A DNA stretch of 64,000 bases from Camelus ferus (Eukaryota), in NCBI RefSeq assembly GCF_009834535.1, contig NC_045696.1, forward strand, positions 61,568,001-61,632,000. The letters run 5' to 3'. Below the pieces are notes generated by a model that made no database searches, was not told the origin of the DNA, and saw only the letters and a program-made list of their open reading frames with translations. The translations under genes and the position numbers were made by a program. The first letter of the stretch is position 1. Every line of letters begins with the position of its first letter. Below, piece by piece: positions 52,831 to 64,000 of the stretch.

Positions 52831-54147
52831 TTACTGAACTGTTCTACAATTGATAAATATTATTAGGAACCAACTGTGAGAGAAAAGCTATTCTTGTGGG
52901 TTTGTGTGTGGGTGTGTAAACAAACAAAACCTTTAACTCATTTGGTCCTAAAATTAGGAATAGGAAACATTTTAAAGAATATTTGAAGCAACAGAAACTA
53001 GGTAGTTTAAGCAAAAGGAATTCATGAGAGACAGGTGTATTTCATGGAGGTCAACGGCAAGAATGCAGTTGGACTTCATGAGGGACTTGGACAAGGCAAC
53101 AGAAAGGCATCAGGAGCTCTTCCTTGTCTCTGAGACATCTCTTCATTCTGTCTCATCTACAGAGTTCACTTGGTGGAAAATGACTGCCTATATATAACCT
53201 CTCCTTTCAAGAGATCAACCCAGGATAAGATTAGACTCTTTGTCCCAATACCAAATTCCAAAAATAGGGACTCCACTTCCCAGTCCTACTCTGTCCAGTC
53301 AGCTGTGGTCATGTCATGGGGTGGGGAGCGGGTTCACGTAGTACCTAGGAAGCTTCTAGGAATCCCAACTCTGTACCCAAAGGCTGGGCGGGTTGGAGAG
53401 GGTAATTGGGACGCAGCCACAAAAAGAGGCTAGATACCCCACAAAATCACAAACAAACGTGCTTTTATTTCAAAGTTTGGCCATAATGATGGCACTTTTA
53501 AGGACTCTGAGAGAGAATAAAAAGGAGACTGAAAGGGGTGAGGAGAAAAAGATACAGAGAGGAGAGCAGGGCAACCCCACAGAGGGACGGAGGCTCACAA
53601 CACAATAGCCCCCGAGGGAGAGGACCAGCGTCTCCATGCCAGCCTCAGCCCTGAGAGGTAACAGACACTGCCTGGGCCGCACAGGGCTGCATCTTAGCAG
53701 GAGCTGGTTTGCTAAATCAAGGTCTAAGACAAAAGGCTCAGGTCTTTTGGATCCTGAAGAAAAAAAAAAAACCAGTATGCTTCTTGCCTCACACTTCTGT
53801 TCCCTGCTTTAAGAGAGAGACTAAAGAATGGAGAGGTTTGAAATTCAAAGGAAAGCCAGCTCCATGATCTTTTGTTTGGCTGATCTTGCATCATTAGCAC
53901 CCAGCTGCTCACTGGCTGCTCATCTTGAGCGTTAAAAAAAAAAAAAAAAAAAGAGGCTAATTGCATTGTTAATAAGTTGCTCCCTCTCTTGTGGGCATCA
54001 TGTTTGCATATTTCACTGGATTCCTTTCCTAGAGACTCTAGAGTTTAATTTGGGTTATTTTGTGGTGGTGGTGGGTGTCCTGAGGGTCACAGCCTGGAGG
54101 GGAGTTTGGTGATGTGGTGAACCGAGGAAATATTTTAGGGAAAGGAC

Positions 54148-54524
54148 AGTATCAGTTGGCTCAGACTGCTATAGTGAAATGCTATAAACTGAGTGGCTTA
54201 TAAACAACAGAAATTTATTTCTCACACTGTGGAGGCTACAAGTATGAGATCAAGGTGCCAGGCTGGTTGATTTCTGGTGCGAACCCCTCTTGTAGGTTGC
54301 AGACTTTTCTAGTTAAATCCTCACATGGTGGAGAGCAGAGCAGAGAAAGCAAGCTCCCTCTTGACTCTTTTAAGGGCACTAATCCCATTCATGAGAGCTC
54401 CACCCTTAGGACTTCATCTAATCCTAATCACTTCCCAAAGTCCCACCTCCTAATACCATCACATTTGGGGAGTAGGGTTTTAACATATAAATTTTGAAAG
54501 GAACACAAACATTCAGTCCGTAAC
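54148..54524 (-). mobile_element. MLT1A/B-like MaLR LTR
   Basis: gtggcttataaacaacagaaatttatttctcaca...aaacattcagtccgtaaca. Confidence 0.8.
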
Positions 54525-55608
54525 AGCAAAGGAATCATATGTACAAAATCCTCTAATGCTTCAACCAAGTGAAACGTTTCCACTTCTCATAGAGTGAAAC
54601 TTAGAATGACAGGTTTTAAGGTAGAAAAGGAGCTCTTGTAGGAAGAGGGAAGCAGGCATCTGTCCAGAGGGGCTCAGGAGGACCACTGCACTGCCAGCAC
54701 TCTCCCCCTGCCCAAGCATGTAGGTGACCCCTGATTTCATGACCTGTTGTGACCTGCCACCCTTGGCCTAGGGACCCCCATGAGGAGTTAAAGTCTCTTC
54801 CCTACAGCTGCCCCCCCCCCCATGAGGGAGCACAAGATATGGTAAAGGACAAGGGTATTACGACTGCATTGCTCGTTCAGGGCCTTATCAGAGGTTGCTG
54901 GTAGAAAATTATGATTGAGGCTTTCTTATCTCTTTTTCCATCAGAAGCATGACTAGCAGCAAGAATGAAATACAAAGAGCTTCTGGTACAGAGAATCACC
55001 ATAGAGCTCACTCTCCTCACGTGAATGTTCGTTCTTCTCTCCCGCATCTATTGAGCACCTCCTGCAGAGCACGTATGGTGCTGTGTTAGGACCAGGTCCC
55101 GGCACTCCTGAGCTTCATAGATGTTGTGCTTAAATTTCTGAGCACCTGCAATGGCTTTACTTATATCTCATTTATTTATCACAATATCTCAATAGCATCC
55201 ACTTTTTATAGAAGAAAACTGAGGCTGTCAGGGGATAAGTGACTTAGTGTGTTTCAGAGTCTGGATTTGGACCAAGATCTCTGACTCAAAATCTTGATCA
55301 CTTTCCACTCAAGGGGGAGGCAGATATGTTAGCAGATAAATATCCTATAACAAAGTTAATGCTCTAAAAGGCAGATACAAAGAGTGTTGGTGGCTGACTT
55401 GCCCGGAGAGTCAGCAGAAACACTCTGACAGTTTTATTCATCAGGACTGGGGAGACAAATGGGCACAACACATATTCCCTGCCCTCGAGGCATGTTCAGG
55501 GTCTGGGCTAGCTCCTCTTTGCCTCCTTTCTCACCTCTGAGAACTGTTCCCTTCTGCTCTGCCTATTAAATATCATCAGCAATAACTATACAACCCCTGA
55601 CCTATGTC

Positions 55609-55788
55609 TGGGGTGCCAGATAAAATCCAGGATGCCCAATGAAATTTGAATTTCAGATAAATGAATATTTATACTAAAGTATGTCCCCAATGTTACATGA
55701 GATACGCTAAAAAATCATTCATTGTTTATCTGAAATTTAAATTTCATTGGGTGTTCTGTATTTTTATTTGCTAAATCTGGCAACTCTA
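55609..55788. mobile_element. MER53-like palindromic hAT MITE
   Basis: Long inverted arms: tgccagat...cccaatgaaatttgaatttcagataaa / tttatctgaaatttaaatttcattggg...atctggca. Confidence 0.75.
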
Positions 55789-56741
55789 AAACCCAGCCAG
55801 AGACCTCTTTCTTGGTCCTGTCAGCAGCCTTATCTTTCTTAGCCCTTGGCTTTTCTGTGTAGCATCCTGATAGTAGCCTGGCTCTAGGCTCTTGGTCTCC
55901 ACCCAAGCGCCGTATGTGCCCCAGCATGAGAGCTGGGTCTACTGCTGCTGCAAAGAAAAGCTTTCATCATATTTTCTTGCTTGCCTCCTCTGATAGCACC
56001 TCCCTGGCACTACACTGGCAGGCTGGCACAGTGGGCAAAGCATGAAGGTAGAAGCTGGTAGAACTTCATCTCACCGGAAATGGCCCAAGAGGAGAAAATG
56101 TTGAAACAGCAGAAGTCTTTGGCCTAAACTCAAAGGACAGATTGTTATAAATACCCTTCACTTTGCAGGCTGGAAAAAGGAGGCATTTTTAGTTACGTTG
56201 GGCTCCTGGTCCCCCTTTCTCCTCTACCCTGTTCAGGTACTTACTAAGGACCTACCATGAGCACCACACTATCCAGCAGGCAGAGATAAGTAAAACTTCT
56301 CCCTCAAGGATCTCATGGCCCTGCAAATCTACCTAAATAGATATAACATAATAGAAAATGGTAGTGCCCAAGAGAAGTACAGAGAGAAGGCTATGGGACT
56401 TCAGAAGAAGAGGGCACTTTGGGGTGAGGGAAGGGTTCAGTCCAATCACCTTCATAAAGGAGGTGTCTTTTGAGCAGACCCTCAAAGGATAAATAGTACT
56501 CAAACATCTCTCAATTTGCTAAATAACAAATTATTGAACACTCATTCATTAACAGCAATTTACAATTTGTCAAAGGACTGGTTCAATAAAGTCTTGTTCC
56601 TTTTAACTATTTATAAAATGTATAGTAATTTGTTTTTTCAACCAAGGCTTCCAAATATTATTTTTAAAAATCCCAGGCAATGTTCATGTCCCAAATGTCC
56701 AAAATATCATAAGGTTGATTTCTCTCTTCCACCCAATTTTA

Positions 56742-57872
56742 TTTTTTAGAGTTTAAAAATTGTGAGTTTCAGGTGTACAGCATTATAATTCGACATCTGT
56801 ATTCACTACAAAGTTATCACCATCACAAGTCTAGCTGTCATCCATCACCACACAGTTGACCCCCTTCACTCACTTTGCCTACCCCTCGACACCCTCCTCT
56901 GGTGACCACCAATCTCTTCTCTGTATCTATGAGTTTGTTCTTGTTTCATCTTGTTTGTTCATCCATGTTTTCTTCAGATTCCACATATGAGTGAAATCAT
57001 ATGGTATTTGTCTTTCTCCATCTGACTAGTTCACTTAGCACAACACTTGCAAGGTCCATCCATGTTGTTGCAAATGGCAAGATTTCATTCTTTTTTTTTT
57101 AATTGCTGAGTAGCATTCCATTGTATATATGTATATATACCATATCTTCTTTATTCATTCATCCATTGATGAACACTCAAGTTGTTTCCACATCTTGGCT
57201 ACTGTAAATAATGCTCCAATGAATTTAGCGGTGCATATATTTTTTCAAATTAGTGTTTTCGTGTTCTTCAGATAAATACCCAGAAGTGGAATAACTGGGT
57301 CATACAGTAGTTCTATTCCTAATTTTTTGAGCAATCTTCATACTGTTGTCCATAGTGGCTGTACCAGTTTACAGATCAGTAAGTAAATCCCCATCACCTA
57401 TGGTCCATGCAATTTTCAATCTGGTGTTTTGCACTGGTTTTGGGGTCAAGTCTGCACATGTGCCCTTTAAAAGTGGGTTTTCCATTCCCTGCAGATCTAC
57501 AGTTTTCCTGAGCATATTCCCCATTGGTTGTCAAAACCAGGTGTTTGGGATGCTTGTCTGGCTTGTCTCTCCTGTGCAGGATCTAAGGATTGGGGTGACT
57601 GATGTAGTGCTCACATCCCTTTGTGGTCCCTCTGAATGTGGATTGCTGAGGCTGGGGTGTGAATTTTTCCTTGGTGCACTGTGTCTCTGCTTCTCCTACC
57701 AACCTCAATGTTGTCCTTCGACCCTTGTTGTGGAGGTTCTGTTCACCCAGTTTTCAGGTCCCTTTCTGAGGGAATTATTCCATATGTGGTTGTAAATCTG
57801 TTATGTCCATGCGAGGTTGTGAGTTCAGGATCTTGCTACAACACCATCTTGAAACTTCTCCTTTCTGATGAA
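56742..57872 (-). mobile_element. Internally deleted L1: 5' UTR start fused to ORF2 end + 3' UTR
   Basis: 19-bp TSD tctcttccacccaatttta (56723-56741, 57873-57891); - strand begins ...tttcAAGATGGtgttgtagcaagatcctgaactcac; junction near 57373-57375. Confidence 0.8.
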
Positions 57873-58640
57873 TCTCTTCCACCCAATTTTAAATTCATTT
57901 TGCTGTCTCCCTGGGCTTCTGTGACTCCACTGACTTGATTCCCACAAGTACCCTTTTCTGCAGACACATGCTTGAAGCTTTTTTTATCTTGAAACTATTT
58001 CTATGTAATTTCGACATTTTTGAAATAAGCAGAATAATAGACTAACAACAAACACCTGTGTGCCCACTGTTCAGCTTTAACAGATCTTATCATTTTGCCA
58101 TATTTGCCTCAGATAATTTTTTCCCAGAAACAAAATATTACAGATAGAGTTGAAGCCACTATATACCATTGCCTGTGATTTGATCCCTTTCCTTACCCTC
58201 CCTCTTCAGAATCTGAGACTTCTCATTCGCATGTTTATTTATACTTTTCTACATATGCATGATTCCACAAAGGTTTAGCATTGTTTTGCATATGTAAAAC
58301 TGTACATGTATATATGTATTCCTTCTCTAACATTATGTCCTTATGATTTATCCATACCTAAACTTAGAACTGTTAATTCATTTTAGAGTACTGTACACTA
58401 TTCCATTTTACAAAGCTACTACAATTTATTCACTCTTCTGTGGCTGGACATTTAAGTTATTTCCAATTTTTTATTATTACAGACAAAGCTGGAATGCATT
58501 GTGTACATATGCTATTGTCTCTCTAGAATATGTTACTAGAAATGGCATTCTATAGATTATACTCCTCTTCATCTTTGTTAGGTATTGCATAGTTGATTAC
58601 CAAAACATTTGGATCAGTTTACTCTCACTGGCAATATTTC

Positions 58641-59184
58641 TGTTTATCAAACAGGGGGTAAGGATAAACCCCACAGATAGTACATGGTACAAGCATGTTT
58701 CAACCCAGGTATAAGGGAATGCCTGTGCTGCCTCAGATTCTGAGCATTTCATGAGGAAGTGTGCGCCAGCCAAGCACAGCTGGACACACTATGTACTGTG
58801 TGCAGGAGAGGAACGGCATATGTCCTGTGGTCTCACACATTTATAGAGGAGCATGGAGGAATCAGTTTCATCTGAGCAAACTGGCTTTGCGATTAAGATT
58901 TTGGCCTTCCTAGCATGAGAAGCGTGTCAGAAGCAGCCTAGTAATTCACAGAATTTGTAGATCAGAGGCTTTGCAGCCCTGTCTGAAGAGCCAGCTCATT
59001 GGTAGTCTCACAACAGTCATTCAGTAGACAAAATGGTTTCTCTCTCTGCCTTACACCTCTAGCTCTGGAGACTTATTAACAGCAGCCTTCTGACTCAGAG
59101 AGTGTATTAGTTGACAACCTTGTAACAAGTGTACATCATGGGCTATGAAAAGCATAAAAGGTATTTTGGGACTTCTTGTCCACA
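58641..59184 (-). mobile_element. Possible solo LTR, family not recognised
   Basis: TG...CA-bounded 544-bp block interrupting old L1 text; TATAAAT on the - strand ~58840; no TSD found. Confidence 0.35.
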
Positions 59185-61194
59185 TGTGTAATACAAAGGA
59201 AGGAAGAGTGTTTAAAATGTTTAAAATATAGGTCTTTAATCTGTTTACAATTCATTTTTGTTTTGGAGAAAGTAGACATTTCTTTATTAAAAATATAGTT
59301 AACTTATCCTAGTCCTATTTATTAAATAGCTTATGCTTTCTTCCCTTGATTTGCAACGCCCCCTCTGTCACTTACCAAGTTTTCATATATACATGTGTCA
59401 GTTTGAGGGCTCCCTGTTCTACTCCTTTGGTCTATTTCTCTGCACATAGGCTAACACCATACACTCAGTTATTCTTACTCTGTAATCAGTCTTCATTTTT
59501 GAAAGAGCAAGTTCCTCGACTTTGTGATTTTTAAAAATTGTTTTGGATGTTCTTGGCCCTTTGTTCTTCTATATGAATTTTAGATATAGCTTGTCAAGTT
59601 ACCAGAAAATTCTGTTGTGATATGTATTAAAAATAGAAAATATAAATAATATAATATTGAATTGATAGATTTGGGAAGAACCAATCTATTTTTTTAAAAG
59701 AACTGAGTTGTTTTTTTTTTTTTTTTAAGAACTGGGATCTTTATGATAAAGTGTACTCTCATCCATGATCTTGGTGTATCTCACCATCTTTTACAACTTT
59801 CAATGTTATCTTTGAGGGTACAATAATTAGACAGGTTTCCCCACTTGGATTTGGAACAAATTGAGAAATAAATGAATAGTACTTGGGAGGCAAAAATATT
59901 ACCTTTTGCTGATAGACACCAGGTTAGCAGATATGGCTTTAGGTAGATAGTCCAAGTTCTCGGTACTAAATATTAGTAAGTATTCAAAAGATGTATATAA
60001 ACAATCTCATAGATATAGCTGTATATCAGCAACTTGCACCCCAAGAAGAAGAAAAAACAGAACTGAGCCTAGCATGCTCAGACTCTTCCTAAATTCACTA
60101 TTTAATATCACTCTTTCCTCAAAGGAGCAGAATGAGTCAAGGGGTAGAGAGAGTGAGAGTTACACCAGTAGCGCTCCTTTCAAATAGATGGAAATCTTAC
60201 AAGTAGGAAAGAAATAGGTCTTTCTTTATTGGTACCTAAGGTGTTTGTCTTTTAAACTGAGAATGGAATTTGGTTCCCATTACATAATTTCATTGGTTAT
60301 TATCAGTATTTAGGAATTCTATTGATTTATCTATGATGACCTCATTTTCAGCAACTTTAGAACCACCTTAAGAGATAAGTAATGTTATTATTCTTCCTTC
60401 AAACGAAGAAACTGAGGCAATGGAGAGTTTAAGTAACTTGCTCAACATCACAGACCTAGGGTGTGATAGAGCCTGGCTCTGGTCTAGGCAGTCTGATTCC
60501 ACAGCTATCACTCTAGATCCCAGCACAAACTTCTTTCACATGAATACATGGTATCCATTTTATGGATGACCTACCATTTATTTATCCAATCCCTATTGAT
60601 GAGCATTTAGTTTATTTCCAATCTTTTCTTATTACAGATACAGTGCAATGAATAACCTTGTACATACATCATTTTAAACACATGTGAGATAAATTTCTAG
60701 CATAACAAGATGTCCTACAAGATTTTACTTTTCCTGCCCCAGACTTGGAGTCAATTGTTTTATCAAGGAGCCTGGTTTCTTTTGGTGGGGAGTGGTATCT
60801 AGAAACCAGTATCTGGGCATTTGACATGTACCTTTTATTGAGACTCTTTTAACCTTTGAATGTCTAGAAAATGTCTTCATTTTGCCCTCACTCTTGAATA
60901 AGTTTGACTAGTGAAACAAGTTCTAGGTTAATTTCCTTTCCTTAGCACTTTGAAAATATCACTTCATTATTTTTTGGCATGACAAGTTTGCTGTCATTTT
61001 AATGATCACTTCTCAATAGTTAATCCTTTTTCTCTGATATCTATTAAGCTTTTTTCTTTATACTTAGTATTCCACAATTTCACTTCAATGTGACCAGATA
61101 TGATAAGTTTATTCTTACTTATCTTGCTTGATACTCAGCATGTACTTTTTATATGAAGACTCATGTTTTTCTTTACCTCTAAAAAATTTCAACT

Positions 61195-62330
61195 ATTTTA
61201 TAGCTTTATTGAAATGTAGTTCACATACTATAAAATTTATTATTGTAAAATATACAATTCAGTAGTTTTTAGTATACTCACAAAGCTCTACTACCATCTC
61301 CACTATCTAATTATAGAACATTCAACACAGCAAAAGGAAACCCCATACCCATTAGCAGTCATTCCCCATTCTTCCCTTCCCCAACTCCCTGGCAACCACT
61401 AACCTACTTTCTATCTCAATAAATTTCTAGATATTTCATATAAATGCTCTGTGATCTTTTTGACTGGCTTCTTTCATTTAGCATGATGTTTTCAAGGTTC
61501 ATTCATGTTGTTGTATGTGTCAATACTCCATTCCTTTTTTGACTATATAATATTCCATTATTATGTACATACTGCCTCTGTTTGTCCCTTCATCAGTTGA
61601 TGGACATTTTGGTTTCCACTTTTTGACTATTAAGAATAATGCTGCTTTGAACATCTGTATGTACATTTTTTAGACAAATAAATGCATGAAAATATATTTT
61701 CAGTAGAACTGCTGGATAATATGGTAAATCTACGTTTAAATTTTTGAGTAATGGCCAAACTGTTTTCCACAGTGCCTGCACCATATTACATTCCTACTAG
61801 TAGTGTATGAGGGTTCAAATTTCTCTATATCCTCATCAACACTTGTTATTTTTTTCCTTCTTTTTGAAAAGCTTCTTTTAGCCATCCTAGTGGGTGTGAA
61901 GTGGGATCTCATGGTCTTTAAACAATGTTGAATATCACTGGCATTTGCATATATTCTTTAGAGAAATACCTATTCAAATTCTTTACCCATTTTTAAACTG
62001 GGAAATTTGTCTTTTTATTGTTGAACTGTGGAGGTTCTTTATATACCTTAGAATAATGGTACCCTCTTGAATTACAAAAATGTTTAATTTGATGAAGTCC
62101 AATTTATCCATTTCTTCTTTTTTCAGTTGGTTTTGGTGTCAGTGTCTGAGAAACCACTGCCTAATCCAAGGCCATAAAGATTTATTCCTTTTTTTTTTTT
62201 TTTTTTTTATCCTAAGGGTTTGATCGTTTCAGCTCTTGCATTTAGGTCTATGGTCATTTGGAGATAATTTTTGTTTTTATCTACAGTAGGAGTCCAACTT
62301 CATTCTTTTGCATGCAGATATACATGTGAA
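61195..62330 (-). mobile_element. L1MB-type 3' fragment
   Basis: VQALWKTVWPLLKNLNVDLPYYPA remnant (61593-61784 -). Confidence 0.8.
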
Positions 62331-62389
62331 CTATTAATTTTCAAAAATTTTCCTCATAATTCTCTTATTTTCTTTTGAGATTAAAAAAT

Positions 62390-63012
62390 GTTTTTATTGA
62401 ATTATAGTTGATTTACAATGTTGTCTTAGTTTTAGGTGTACAGCAAGTGATTCAGTTATACATATACATAATATATATACATATTCTTTTTCAGATTCTT
62501 TTCCATTATAGGTTATTACAAGATATTGAATATAGTTGCCTGTGCTATACAGTAAATCCTGTTGCTTATCTATTTTATATATAGTAGTTTATATCTGTTA
62601 ATCTTCAAACTCCTAATTTGTCCCTCCCACTCCTCTCCTTTTCCTCTTTTGTAATCATAAGTTTGTTTTCTATGTCTGTGAGTCTGTTTCTGTTTTGTGT
62701 ATAGATTCATTTGTATTATTTTTTAGATTCCACATATAAGTGATATCATACTATATTTGTCTTTCTCTGTCTGACTTAATTTAATATGATAATATCTAGG
62801 TCCATCCATGTTGCTGCAAATGGCATAAAAAATAGATAAACAACAAGGTCCTACTGTATAGCACAGGGAACATATTCACTATCTTGTAATAACCTATAAT
62901 GGGAAAGAATCTGAAAAAGAATGTATATGTATATGCATAACTGAATCACTTTGCTGTATACCTGAAACTAGCACAACTTTGTAAAGCAACTGTACTTTAG
63001 TTTTCAAAAAAA
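62390..63012. mobile_element. Two L1 3' ends joined 5'-to-5' (62390-62826 -, 62827-63012 +)
   Basis: Reverse-complement arms, e.g. gtgctatacagta / tactgtatagcac and ttctttttcagattctt / aagaatctgaaaaagaa. Confidence 0.8.
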
Positions 63013-63226
63013 TCATAATGAAGAAGCTATTGGCTTTTTAAAAATATCTCCCTGTTCTTGTTTCAATTTTGTCAGAGTTTGTCTCATAATTTTGCATCTG
63101 TGTAATGCATGTTACTCACAGAGCTACAAGAGTAGGGGAGGGATAGGAGAGAAGCATTGGCACTGAAGTGACAGTGGGAAGGGAAGAGGGAGGGTTTGGG
63201 AACAGGTGCAGAGTTCAGTTTGATAG

Positions 63227-63777
63227 TGTTGTAGAAAAATGTGTTACAGCTGGGTGTTACAGCTCAGTTGAGACAGCAACATTACAGCTCAGTTGTGACA
63301 GCAACCTGGATCCGGGCGAGAGACCAAGCAGCACTCGGAGAGTTGGAGAACTCAGGTTTACTATGCCAGGGGGCCCAGAGAAGTTAACACTCCAAACTCT
63401 AGACCCCGTCTGTAGGTTTACACAGGCTTTTATAGGCTGCCAGTTTACACTTGGCAACATCATATGCAAATGAAGTATAATGAAAGTTGACTAGGAACAA
63501 GCTTTGTAGAAATGGACCAATCAGGAGGGAGAGATAACCAATCAGGAGTGAGGGAAATGGACCAATCAGGAGTGAGAGAAATAACCAATCATGAGTGAAG
63601 GAAATAACCAATCAGAAGTGAGCTCAGGGAACCAATAGAATTTCACGGGTAAGTAAGCTGTTTCAGAGGCAAAAAGTGAGATAGAGCTTCTGGGCCAGGG
63701 AACTGGATGGTGCTGACAGGAGAGTAGTGGCCCTGCCTGGGGATCCTGCCGGCCCTTTTATGGGGCTTCCCTCCTCA
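63227..63777 (-). mobile_element. ERV1-type solo LTR (551 bp) with a tandem CCAAT array
   Basis: TG...CA termini; 4-bp TSD ATAG (63223-63226, 63778-63781); on the - strand CTATAAAA ~63428-63435 and AGTAAA ~63357; six CCAAT boxes at 63517-63636. Confidence 0.85.
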
Positions 63778-64000
63778 ATAGGAGCAGAGCCTGTGCCAGG
63801 AAGTCTAGTGGGAGGCAAGGCTGAAAAGGTGGGTTGGGGCCAGTCTATGGACTTTGGAATAAAAGGTGAGAAAAAGTTAGTTGAAGATTTTGAACATTAT
63901 TCTCTTGGCAATGTAGTCTTTGAACTTTTTTTCCTTCACACAACAAACCCTTTGATTTAGGAAGGTTAATGTGCTTCAGATAGGCCAAAGGGAGAAGCTC

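Noticed and set aside
53168..55600. Short ORFs downstream of FBXO45 as a third gene
   Set aside because: No recognisable protein, no consistent exon chain, and several overlap LTR or MIR remnants.
63505..63640. CRISPR-like repeat array
   Set aside because: Units are contiguous ~23-bp tandem repeats without unique spacers, inside an LTR in mammalian DNA; no cas genes.

Overview
Mammalian genomic DNA, probably camelid, inferred from three copies of a vic-1-type tRNA-derived SINE and the L1 3' end. Two protein-coding genes lie head-to-head on a shared CpG-island promoter (~27.1-28.1 kb). WDR53 is on the - strand (2 coding exons, 358 aa, plus probable non-coding 5' exons). FBXO45 is on the + strand (3 coding exons, 285 aa, F-box + SPRY, long 3' UTR). 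Most of the rest is transposon-derived: a full-length ~7.1 kb L1 antisense in FBXO45 intron 2, older L1/L2/MIR fragments, MLT/MER21/ERV1 solo LTRs, hAT MITEs and microsatellites. I found no clearly new biological system. The best leads are: (1) a full-length U6 snRNA retrocopy in sense inside a probable WDR53 5'-UTR exon, adding a strong-Kozak uORF and AATAAA motifs; (2) a TSD-bounded 1.1 kb L1 made only of 5' UTR plus 3' end; (3) a cryptic poison-exon acceptor and an ORF0-like antisense ORF in the intronic L1; (4) a solo LTR with six phased CCAAT boxes; (5) a 10-bp identity across both junctions of the WDR53 coding intron. Repeat-family names come from recognition, not a database search, and their boundaries are approximate unless a TSD is quoted.
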